Below are positions 51,100 to 64,000 of a stretch of DNA of 64,000 bases, one piece after another (within the stretch, counting starts at the first letter, position 1; the number at the start of each line of letters is the position of its first letter). The DNA is from the human T2T-CHM13v2.0 reference genome, Homo sapiens: the NCBI RefSeq assembly GCF_009914755.1, contig NC_060925.1. One strand, given 5' to 3'. The notes below the pieces were generated by a model, which worked only from the letters and a program-made list of their open reading frames with translations, had not been told where the DNA came from and did no database searches. Both the position numbers and the translations under genes were made by a program.

Positions 51100-51280
51100 C
51101 TGGCAGTCAGAGGGCAGCAGAGGGTAGAGTCAAAGATGTAGAAGTCAGAGGGAAGGTCATGCTTCTCTTTCCATGCTGGGAGGTGAGGATGGGGAGGGAT
51201 GCGGGGGAGGGGCCTGTGGTGGGCTGGGGACCAGGTAGGGCTGTTCGGTGATACAGGTCTGTGACAGAGGCTGTGTATAC

Positions 51281-51443
51281 CTGGGCCAAGGATGTAGAAG
51301 GCAACACTGTCTGTCCAAGAGCCATTGCCAGCCAGTGAGGTTGCCCTAACCCTGGCAGAGTAGTTTCCAGGGGGCAGCAGGGCCAGGTGGACTCCCCCAA
51401 ACTTCGCATATCGAAGACGGGACACACACAGCACTGTGGCCTC
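51281..51443 (-). CDS. INSRR: INSRR exon 14 (FnIII-3)
   Basis: 163 nt; [19 protein letters not shown]. Confidence 0.96.
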
Positions 51444-51525
51444 CTGAGAGTAACGCAGAACAGCTGGCTGGGAAGGCGATGTAGGCACAAAACGGGGCTG
51501 GGACGGGGGTCCCACGGGCACCTAC

Positions 51526-51662
51526 CTCTCCCAAGCGGCGGTACTTGATTTCGTACTTGAGGATGAGTCCGTTGGGGTCTGGTGGCTCGAGCCAGCGCAG
51601 AAGGACACTGTTCTTGCTGGAGGCCTCCCAGGCCACCTTTCCTGGAATACCATCAGCCTCTC
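51526..51662 (-). CDS. INSRR: INSRR exon 13
   Basis: 137 nt; [18 protein letters not shown]. Confidence 0.96.
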
Positions 51663-51894
51663 CTGCGGGAAGGGGCATCCAGCAGCCGGGCCAAAAGTGG
51701 TTCATCTCACCTTATGTTCAAACCCAAGCTAAACTGGGCTGAGCTGGGAGGTGGGGAAAGCTTTGGGATTATGGGAACTGAGAGGGGCAAGCAAAGCGAG
51801 GCTCTGGGGTTAGCGAGAAGTCAAACCCCAAACCTTTGCACAGGGTCCTTGGGGTCGGTGATGGGGGTAGAAGGTGTGTGTGTGGATCACCTAC

Positions 51895-52115
51895 TGTGGG
51901 GCATGGTGCGCGCAAAGACGAAGGTGGCGGCGCTGCAGCCCACGGTGTGCGCCGCGTGGTTGCAGGCATGGATGTCGATCCGGTATTCCGTGAAGTGGCG
52001 CAGGCCGCTCAGCACCGCTCGCTCACGGGGCACCTTGTCCTCCTGGATCTCGAAATCCGAGCTGTTGCCCCCCAGCCGGAGGGGCCCAGCTGCCCGGCGG
52101 TGCCGCCCTGAGTCC
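51895..52115 (-). CDS. INSRR: INSRR exon 12 with furin site RHRR
   Basis: 221 nt; [15 protein letters not shown]. Confidence 0.96.
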
Positions 52116-52190
52116 CTGGGGAGAGCGAGTCAGAGCCAAGGCCCAGCCCCCAAAGCCACGCCCCTCAGCACCTGCCCTAGTCCTGCTCAC

Positions 52191-52232
52191 CTTTGGGGGC
52201 TCTTGTTGATGGACGTCACCTTCCAAGGGGAT
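52191..52232 (-). CDS. INSRR: INSRR exon 11 (SPWKVTSINKSPQ)
   Basis: 42 nt, phase 2/2, AG/GT. Confidence 0.92.
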
Positions 52233-52437
52233 CTGGGGAGGCCAGGAGTAGCCCTATCAGGCCTGTCCGGATGCACCCCTGTGCCCTCTGCAGCGCGTAC
52301 CGCCTCCAAAAGCACCCACAACCCGGGACCCGCCCACACAAGCAAGGCCCCACCCACAAACCCCACCCCTCCCGCAAGACCCGCCCCTCACAGGCCCCAC
52401 TCATCAGACCCTCCCAGGCCGCGCGCGCTCTTCGCAC

Positions 52438-52633
52438 ATGGGGATGGTGATCGCGTTGTGTAGAAAGTTTTCAAACTTCTTCTGGAACGAGGCCTCTTGC
52501 GCCTCCAGCGGGGGCAGAACCTGACCAGGAGGTGGGTGCTGGCAAGGGCAGCAGTCGGACTCCATCTCGGCCTCAGGATCCCCGTCTTCGCCGTCGAAGC
52601 GCGGATCGTTGTTGCTGGTGGGCAGCCGCAAGC
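52438..52633 (-). CDS. INSRR: INSRR exon 10 (CCPC; alpha-[13 protein letters not shown])
   Basis: 196 nt, phase 1/2. Confidence 0.96.
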
Positions 52634-52770
52634 CTGGCGCCGCAGCGGGAAGACACTAGTAAGACAGGCGGTCTACCCGCCTCTGATCCCCCCCACCTGC
52701 CGGGGCCCTGCGCCTCCATCTCCCCTTCCCCACCCGCCCCGCGGCCGGCCTGCGCGTCGTCCCTGCGCAC

Positions 52771-52938
52771 CGCGGTGGCAGTAGTCATTGAGGTAGAGGT
52801 CGCCGTCCTCTGCCAGCCGCTGCCACAGCACCAGGTAGTAGGTGAGGTTCCCATTGCGCTGGGTCGGTGGCTTCCAGCGCACCAGGAGGTGGGAGGAGGA
52901 GTTGGACGTGGAGATGACGTCTTGGGGCACCGTGGGAG
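52771..52938 (-). CDS. INSRR: INSRR exon 9
   Basis: 168 nt; [14 protein letters not shown]. Confidence 0.96.
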
Positions 52939-53337
52939 CTAGGAGTGCGAGAAGGATGCAACTCAGGGGTGTGGGTCTTCCTCCTGAATACTATCTAGTA
53001 ATGAGCCCTCCTTTCTGGGGTCCAACAGCCTTGTTCTCCCAAAGAATAGGTGATCCTCACCCCTGGCTTCCTAGAACTCAGTGTTTTGTTTCTGTCCTCC
53101 CCTTCTCTGCCATAGGCCCTTCAGTTCCCTCAGCTATTGACCCCGGACTGTCCCAATCCCAGCCCCGCAAGGACCTAGGCAAATGCTCCCCCTTCTTTCT
53201 AGGACTCAAGCATCTGGCCTTCCAGCCTCTGTGGGCCAGGTGTTCAGTGCCCCGGCTTCTCTATTTCTGGTGCCTGTGCTCCCCTGTTCTCATGGATGCA
53301 GGCGTCTGACTGACTCTTGCACCCTCCAAATGCCTAC

Positions 53338-53576
53338 CTGCAGGCAGCGTTCGGAGGTAGACGATGGGACTCTGGGCTCCTTGATGAGGGCTGTCCTCCT
53401 CAGTGGTTAGCGTGATGGCCCGCACAAACACTGCGTACTGTGTCCAAGGCTTGAGGGAGGCTAGGGTCACCCCTGGCTCCTGGGTGCGGCTTAGGGGCAG
53501 CTCCACATCCAGCAGGTTCCAGCTCTGGGTTCCACAAGCATCTGGACCCACGTGCTCTGTGGCGTTCTGGAATGGG
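53338..53576 (-). CDS. INSRR: INSRR exon 8
   Basis: 239 nt; [11 protein letters not shown]. Confidence 0.96.
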
Positions 53577-54769
53577 CTGAACACCCATCCCCAGAGCTGA
53601 GGGGTCATTCAACCCCACCCTCAAGTTCTGGCACCCCCGCTCTGAATCACCCCAGGACTGTCATTGTCCTTCCAGTATGCATGAGGGCAAAGCCATGACT
53701 CCAGCCACCTGTTAGACCTTGGCAAGGGGGGGCGGAGGAGGGGAGGGACTGTGATATCTGTGTCAGTGAAATTTGTAATGATATAGCTCCTCATCCTTAG
53801 CAGGGAATATCAAGTTCTAGTTTCAATGAATATTGAAAAAATCTTGCATTGAATAAATAAAACAAGAAAGTGTGTGTGAAAGAGTCCCCTCTCCTAGAAA
53901 CAGCAAGCAATAAGGTTATCCTAATTCCCCTAAGTCTAATTGCCTGGAACGAGGAACAGGAGACTGCTCCCTTCCCAGTGTCTTCACTTAGGCCCTTGAA
54001 TTGACTTTGGAGGTTTATGAGCCTCCCAAACTATAGCAAAGTTTTGTGCATGTGTGTTTTTCTAGAGAGAGTGTTCCTAGCTTCAACAGCTTCTCAAACA
54101 TGTCCATGACCCTAAAAGGCCAAGACCCACTGCCACAGGGAAATTAAGGGGCCAGAGGCAACTAGTGCTGGCTGCCTGAAGGCCAGTTTCGGGGCAGGGC
54201 TTGGGGAAGCATCACTGGCTTTAGGGGTAGAAGAGGGCTCCCTGGGGGAGATGACAGTGGGCCCCCCATGGGAGATAGCAGAACAGACCATGGGAGACAA
54301 TGGAACATCACATTGATGTTCATGATAATTTGTTTCTTTGGACTGGGAAGGGGATGATGGAATTCATGCTGAGCCAGGGACAAAACTTGAGGGAGGTCAA
54401 ATTGGGTGGCAGTGGGGGAACTTGTGGCCCAGCGGGAAGTGCCTGCCTTTGTTGGGACCTATAAGCAGGATAGTCCAGGAGCAGGTTGGGGGGGTGGGGG
54501 CTCATAGTGGGTGTCATGGGAGCAGGTGTCCTGTGAGGCATGACACACTGAGCAGGTCTGGGTCTGTTTGGAGTCAAGATTGGGCAGGATCTGCAGTGTG
54601 TGTCTCTGAGGGAGCATAGCTGCAGCCACGCTGCAGGGCAGTGATGTTAGGGAAGCTTGTTGAAGGGTTCCCAAGGTTCTCTGCTCTTTGAGCCCAGAGA
54701 CAGCTGTGTATAGTTGTGCAGATTGTGAAGTGCACAAGCCGGGGAGCTGGGGGAGATTCACACTGTAGT

Positions 54770-54935
54770 CATGCCAGGGCTCCTTAGAGTGCAGTCCACA
54801 AACCAGCAGCTTCAGCATCTCCTAGGAGCTTATTAGACATGTGAATTCTTGGGCCCTGCTCAGGATTAACTGAATCAGAATCAGTGGGGGGCGAGGCCCA
54901 GGAATCTGTATTTAACAAACTCTCCAGCTGCCCAC
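54770..54935. mobile_element. MER5A-like hAT DNA transposon
   Basis: actgaatcagaatc...ggcccaggaatctgtatttaacaaactctccag motif. Confidence 0.7.
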
Positions 54936-55739
54936 GCTGGAGACCTTCACCTACCACTGAGACCTAGGAGGGTCTCGGCCATTTGAGTGGGTCTCCTACA
55001 ACTGACTTCCTTCCTTTCTCCTCCCAAGCCAGACCCTGAGCCAGTGGTCAGCTAAGTCCTCTCCATTTTAATTCACAGGAAATGCTTCTAAGCCAGGTGG
55101 CCTCCATCTTCTATAATATCTACCAGAGAGAGAGAGCATGAACTCCTTACTCCTGCCTTCCCAGCCTGCATCTGAAATCCACTTCCCTCCTCTAAGGATA
55201 TCTCCTTTTGATTCCTAACCGTGTTTTTGGAGAAGTCTTTCCTGTGGTCTAACCACTATCCTCATTGTTAGGGTCAGTTGACTCTCTCCAAAGAAAAGAG
55301 CAGCTGTGGTCCCTGGCGGCCCCTGCTCCCTCCCTTCCTAAGGCTTAAATGAAATGCTGGCAGAGCTGCTCATAAAACTGGCCAAATTAGTGGGCGCTCC
55401 CCAAACCGCTGCTGGGGCAGGAGCGTGTGGTCAGTGTAGAACATTAGCATAATGAAGTGAAGTTTAATGATCCAAGCCTTCCCAGCAGGATGGCTCTCCT
55501 GGGCTCTCAGAAGCCCTGTCTTCTCCATTTCACTTGGTGAGGGGAAACCGAGGCATGAAGGCATGAAGAAGGTGAGGGAAGAGAGCCAGACCTGGGCCCT
55601 ACCACGGAGTACAACTTGCGGGTCCTGGCTTCCTGGGTCTTCATAGCCTCGCTGAGCTCCGCCCTCACCTGCCCGTGGTCCCGAAGAAATTGGCCTCGTC
55701 CGGTCCCGCCCCCGCTCCGGCCCCGCCCCCGGCACTCAC

Positions 55740-55866
55740 GACTCCTTGTAGTACACGATGAAGCTGAGCAGGTCGCGGGCCTCCAGTGGCTCATAGCGCT
55801 CCCAGCGTAGCAGGATGCGGTCTGCCTCCGTCACGTTGGACACGAAGCGCAGGGTGCGAGTCTGGC
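55740..55866 (-). CDS. INSRR: INSRR exon 7
   Basis: 127 nt; [12 protein letters not shown]; lies in a CpG-rich patch 55600-56260. Confidence 0.96.
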
Positions 55867-56064
55867 CTGGGTGGGGCGAGGGGCCTGCTCGCAACCGCGC
55901 CTGCCAGCTGCTTGAGCGCCCACCCTGACCCCGCGGCATCCCATTCCCAGTGAGACCTCTGAGGAGAACTTCTCAGAGTGTCCCCCTCGAGCTTTCTCCC
56001 TCCCCCGGGTGTGCGTGTCTAGTGTGTGGCCGCGTGTCCACCGGCACTGGGGTTGGGGTCTCAC

Positions 56065-56279
56065 AGGCGGCGCGGTCTCCGTTGGTGCGGGGGTTGATCT
56101 CAGCCTTGTTCTGCCGACCTCGCGTGCCTGTCACCTCCTCCAGTCGGTAGATGTGTTCCAAGCAGAGGCGCGGGTTGAAGGCGAAGTAGATCTTGCCCAC
56201 GGGAATGGTGAGCCCCGCGGCCACCCAGGACCCTAGCTGTTGTAGGTTCTGGTTGTCCAGCACGTAGAGAGTGTAGTTC
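56065..56279 (-). CDS. INSRR: INSRR exon 6 (L2)
   Basis: 215 nt; [17 protein letters not shown]. Confidence 0.96.
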
Positions 56280-56735
56280 CTGGGGGAGGCCAGGGGACCT
56301 TGCTCTGCGGGGAGGTGGGGGCAGGGGGTGGGAAAGGGGATGGCTTATGGGTTCCTCCTGGAAGGGTTTTGCTGGGCCCGGGGAGAGGGGCACTCAGTGG
56401 CTGGCTCACACCAGCACACCGGGGGCATTCGTGCATACCCACTCTGTGCCACTGACCAGGAGTATGATGTCTGCCAAGTCACCCCATCTTTTGGTTTTCC
56501 TCATCAGTGAAATGGGGTCCTCAGCTTCCCTGCCCCCATCCTTCCCTCGACTCTCTTTGAACTGAGCACCTGCTATGTGCCAGACTCTGGAGGCTTTGGA
56601 GACACCAGGAGGAGTAGTACTCAGCCTGGGCCATTCCTTTCCAGCTGAGGTGTGGACACTCTCGGTGTACATGCAATGTGTCTGGAGACATGAGAAGCCA
56701 CAGAGAGCCACTAGACTAGATGACTAGATGGTAAC

Positions 56736-57722
<987 letters not shown>

Positions 57723-58109
57723 TGACTGGCAGATGATAGGAATGGGTTTCAAACCCAGGCAGTCTTGCTCTGCAGCTGACAGGACCAGATGATGACAATT
57801 ATAGCCAACTGTTATAGAGTTATATGTGACTGTAATTTATATTGTATATACTGTGTTCCAGGCATTGTTTTATGTGCTTTACACATAACAACTTGAGTAA
57901 TATTCAAAACAGTCCTGAGAAGTAAGTAATGTTATATTAGCCCTATTTTACAGATGAGAAAACTGAAGACCAGAGAAGTTAACCTACTTAGAGTCACACG
58001 CCTAGTGAGTAGCAAAATTGGTTCCAGAGCCCATTCTCTTCACCACTGTTCTGGGAGTGTTGGAGGAAGGAGTGTAATAGAAGGAGCTGGTCAGAGGCCT
58101 AACCCTTAC

Positions 58110-58254
58110 CCATCCACCATGGCGTCTCCCCGGATTAGTTTGAGGTTCTTGAAAAAGCCCAGGGACACGAGGGCAAAGGAGTGCTTGATTTTGAGGAAGC
58201 CAGTAATGGTTTCTACCAGCCCCAGGCTGTGCTGCAGCTGTGGCTCCAGGTTGT
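58110..58254 (-). CDS. INSRR: INSRR exon 5
   Basis: 145 nt; [16 protein letters not shown]. Confidence 0.96.
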
Positions 58255-58465
58255 CTAGGGATGGGAAGACAGGGCTGGAGTAGGAGCAAGGAAGGTGATG
58301 GGTCTGTGGGGCAAGGGGGCTGAATGGGGGCCCCGGGAAGGTGGGCCCTCAGGACTGGGACCCAGGATGATGGAAAATTGTGCTGAGTTGGGTCATTGTA
58401 AGGGTTGTGTCTGGGAGGAAGGGTATGACCAGGAGGAGGGGTGTGGCCCCAAAGTAGGTACTGAC

Positions 58466-58608
58466 AGCCCTGGCGAAGGTTGAGGATGAGGCTTCCCTCC
58501 ACATGCGTGCAGCCCACAAGATCCTGTGCCGCCTGGATGGAGTCGATGGTCTTGGTGCCTACCTTGCACTCTTTAGGGCACAGCCCCTCGCACTTGTGGC
58601 AGAATATG
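58466..58608 (-). CDS. INSRR: INSRR exon 4
   Basis: 143 nt; CEGLCPKEC...KTIDS. Confidence 0.96.
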
Positions 58609-58707
58609 CTAGCAGGAGCAAGCAGATGTCCTGAGCCTTGGACCAGTTTGGGCCTCCTCAGGCCTCCTCACTGCTCCCAGGGTGCCCCCCACCCTCCCTA
58701 CACTCAC

Positions 58708-59011
58708 CTGCTGCTATTACGGGTGAAGCCAGAAGGGCACTGGGCCAGGCAACTGCCCTGGTGTATGCCGAAGGTGGAGGCACGGCCGGGCACAGAGTGC
58801 AGGCTGGCACAGCGCTCAGCTGTGACACAGCGCCAGGACTCATACTGGTAGGTGCCTGGCGGGCAGGCCCACAGGCAGGCACCCTGGAAGTAGAGGTGGC
58901 GGCAAGCTACACAGGCACGAGGGTCTTCTGGCTGGCTGCAGCCCCCCAGGCATTCGGTGTGGCAGCACTCGCCCCTCGCTGTGCAAGCCATCCCATGGGG
59001 GCAGGGGCACA
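58708..59011 (-). CDS. INSRR: INSRR exon 3 (furin-like Cys-rich)
   Basis: 304 nt; [10 protein letters not shown]. Confidence 0.96.
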
Positions 59012-60571
59012 CTGTGGGGAGAGTGGTGTGTTAGACGTTGGCCATGCCCCCTCAGTCCTGGCTGTCCTTCCAATGCTGGCCCCACCCTGTTTCTCTTGGG
59101 ATGACACTCAATCTGCACCCAGGTCCCTCCCATTCAGATGACACTGGTTGCCGACTCTGTTCCCCTCCGATGGGATTCTTGAGGACAAGGACTGTGGCCG
59201 TCTGTGGCTCCCCACCTCCCACAGTGCCTAGTCGGGGGTGTCAGAGCTCAGGACAGAGCAGTGACCTTGTCCATCAGGGTTGTTGCTCTCCAGCCTGCTG
59301 TCCTGTCTATCCTATCTAGGCCTGGTGCCCAGATCATGGCTGGGCATGGTGCCAGGGTGAGCGGGCCAGCCTCTCCTGAGCAGCTAGGCCCAGGGGCCTG
59401 GGAGTGTGTGCAGGGAGGGGCCGACATCTGTCGTTTTACCCATGCTCCTGCCCATACCGCCCCCACCTCAGCTCCCTGCCCTGGGCAGGAGGTGGCTCCA
59501 AGCAGCAGTGGGAGGGTTTGGAGCTGGAGGCCCAATCGCCTAGAAACTGCACAGTGGTAGCTGGCTGGCTATGGGAGCGATCTGTGGGGTAGGGGTCAGC
59601 CAGGTCGTGTTGACACTGTACATGAGAGGATGCGCAGCAGCTGTGTTTACAGCCAACAGGGAGGCATCAGGGAGGTGGGGTGCAGCCGATACAGCAGGGA
59701 TCTTGTTACTCTCCCGCCCGCCCTGCTGCTGAGGCGCTGGGGGTGAGAGGAGCTGACCTCCAGGAGCTGAGTGGAAAAGACCACCAGGTTGGGGGACCCC
59801 AGATCTGCTCCCCACCTCTGAAAGGTTTTCTTTTCCTTTCCTATAACGTTTTGCTTACTCCTGCACCAGCCATCCCTTTTCTTTCCTCCTTTCTCCTTTC
59901 TCTACTGCTTTTTTCCTCTCCTTGCATCATCCTAAAGGTCCCACCTTACATCTTTGCTCTCACCTGTTCAGTTCTTCATTGATCATCTCCTTTCTTCTCC
60001 TGCTCACCCCCAACCTCAACCTCCCATTACAGTATTGCCAGCTGACCCTGGATCACTGTGCTGTGGCCACTCTGATTAGGAACATAGAACTGCTACCATG
60101 ACCCAGGCCCTGCTCTGACACTTTGTAGAGTAACTCATTCCTCATGACACCCAATGATCATTTTACAGCTGAGGAAACTGTGGCACAGAGAGGCTAAGTG
60201 AACATAGCCAGTAAGTGGTAGAGCTGAGACTTGAACCCAGGTCCTCTGGCTTTGGACTTAGCCACTGCCCCACACTGCTTCTTGCGCTGCCTACTCTCTG
60301 TTCATGCCTATTCTTTTCCCCCCATGCCCACCTTGAACCTGTCCTTCACCTATTCCATGATGCCGCCTTGGGCCTACCCCTTAGCTGTCTTATGCCACAT
60401 TGGTTACGTAACTTTTCTGAGCCTTAGTTTCCTTACCTGCCTCATAGGATGAGTGAGGATTAAAAAACAGTGGCAGCTGAAAGTACTGACCCACACCATC
60501 CTGTGGCCACCCAGCCCCATGTGACCCTGCTCTCTCCCTTCCCTACATTCATGTTCTGTGCCAGTGCCCAC

Positions 60572-61123
60572 CTCTCTGGCAGTGGCTGGAGGTCCAGCAT
60601 CTGTAGTCAGTGTGCCCGCTGAAGGTGGTCTTGGCACAGGGCTCACCAGCAGCACCCAGCACACCAGGGCACACGTCAGCACACTCCTCGCCCAGCTTGT
60701 TGCCCACGATGTGGTTGGCGCCAGGTGCTGGCTGCAGCAGTCCCCAGTCAATGGTGGAGAGGTGGCAGAGCTCCTGGTTCTTCTCCACACGCACAGCCCC
60801 ACGCAGCACGGCCCCAAGTGCAGGCAGTGCCACGTCACGCAGATGTGGCATCTCAAAGATGACCAGTGCATAGCCCAGGAAGAGGCGCGTCCCGCGGATG
60901 ACTGCTAGGTTGGGGAAGAGGTCGCGCAGGCTCTCCAGTCCGTAGACACGGAAGAGCAGCAGGTAGTCGGTGACCTGGGTGAGGCGAGGGAAGCTGAGGC
61001 CGCGGAAGTCCTCCCCGGTGGCTGTGAACATGAGCAGGATCTGCAGGTGGCCCTCCACCACGCTGCAGTTCTCCAGCTGACGAAGCTCTGCCACCTCTGA
61101 GCGAATATCCAGGCTGGGGCACA
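60572..61123 (-). CDS. INSRR: INSRR exon 2 (L1 domain)
   Basis: 552 nt, phase 1/1; [24 protein letters not shown]; signal-peptide exon 1 not found in the window. Confidence 0.97.
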
Positions 61124-61289
61124 CTGTGGGCATACACGGCACGCAGCATTGAGTACAGCCCAGGCCAAATTCCCCATCCAGCCCTGGCAGCTTTGGAGGG
61201 GAGCCACACTGGCAGTAGGACAATGAGTGAGGAGCCGGGCTCTGCTCTGGGTGTGGGGTGGCCTCCTTCCTGGGCCCCGGAGGGCTCAC

Positions 61290-63150
<1,861 letters not shown>

Positions 63151-64000
63151 ATTCTGTGACTGCGAAGAAGTGATCTGAGCTTTGCAGGTCCCATGTCTCT
63201 CCCAGTCTTAAGGGAGTTAGATGCCTGTTCCCTGAATTAATTTGATTACTCTTGAAAGGACATTCCATTGCTAAAGATTCAAGTTTCAGTTCCTCAGCCT
63301 GACATTGTAGGGTGTAGATAAACCATTCCTTACTAATGCATCCAGCCTCAGAAGGGTCCTTCAGCCTCTCGGGTCAGACCTTTCTTCCCTGACCCTCTGG
63401 CCTGGAGTTAATCACTTCCCCTTTAGGCTCAGCTACACTTAGTCCAGCGCCCACATCACATTACCTGGGGGCATGGCTCCAAAATTGTTGTATACATCTC
63501 TGTCACCCCCTCCAAGGAGGGTGGGACCCTTGTTAGTCAGCTCTGCTTTCCCCCAGTTGTGCCCAGTCCAGGGCTGGAACCACTGGGCACTCAGGAACCA
63601 TGGACAATGGATGTCTGGATCCCAAGTTCACTCCTTCCTTGGGGACCTGGGTGTGTCTCGCTTCTTCACTAGGGCCCAAGCCCCACTTCCCTTTCTCTCC
63701 CTGGACTCTCTTGCTCCCAAGAGGACCTTCCGTGGCTCCCCACTGCAGAAGATTCAAGTCTGAATGTTTCAGCCTGACATTCAGCTCCTGCTAACGTCTC
63801 CAGCCTCTACTTCCCTTCCCACCGAGCCCTCCGGTGTTATCACAAACACCACATGCCACATGCCACGCTATCCAGGCCCCATTCCTGATAGTTTGTTAAG
63901 AGAGGTGGGCAGGCAAGGCTGGCTCCCTGGGGGTTACTTCACATCTTCTCCCTGTTGTCATTAATGGTCCTGAGCTTGGCTCTGCCCAGCAGCTGTGTAT

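Noticed and set aside
51582-52463. 293-aa plus-strand ORF (also 49836, 49885, 58638)
   Set aside because: Antisense shadows of GC-rich INSRR exons with no independent signals
61124-61289. N-terminal extension of INSRR in the 246-aa ORF
   Set aside because: Intronic read-through upstream of the exon 2 acceptor; the true exon 1 is outside the window

Overview
Human-type (primate) genomic DNA recognisable as the PRCC-SH2D2A-INSRR/NTRK1 locus (1q23.1, from recall of the proteins). It contains: the last three coding exons of PRCC (+); the complete SH2D2A/TSAd gene (-, 8 coding exons giving 389 codons plus a 3'UTR exon); INSRR exons 2-22 (-, 3809 coding nt; exon 1 is beyond the right edge); and two alternative upstream NTRK1 exons (+), one of them overlapping an INSRR kinase exon in antisense. 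The rest is dense in Alu, L1, L2, MIR, ERVL and Tigger2. The most novel observation is in the PRCC-SH2D2A intergenic gap (~8035-11910, - strand). Six exon-like segments join through five phase-2 junctions, four of them GT-AG, into a ~520-aa reading frame. That frame has N-glycosylation sequons, Cys-containing motifs and a frameshift-broken transmembrane helix, so it is a candidate unitary pseudogene of a type-I membrane glycoprotein. The window also has several local templated-insertion or inverted-duplication scars and an intronic TGACCC/CCCTAA hexamer array. All coordinates were read by eye; repeat boundaries are approximate and no database search was run.
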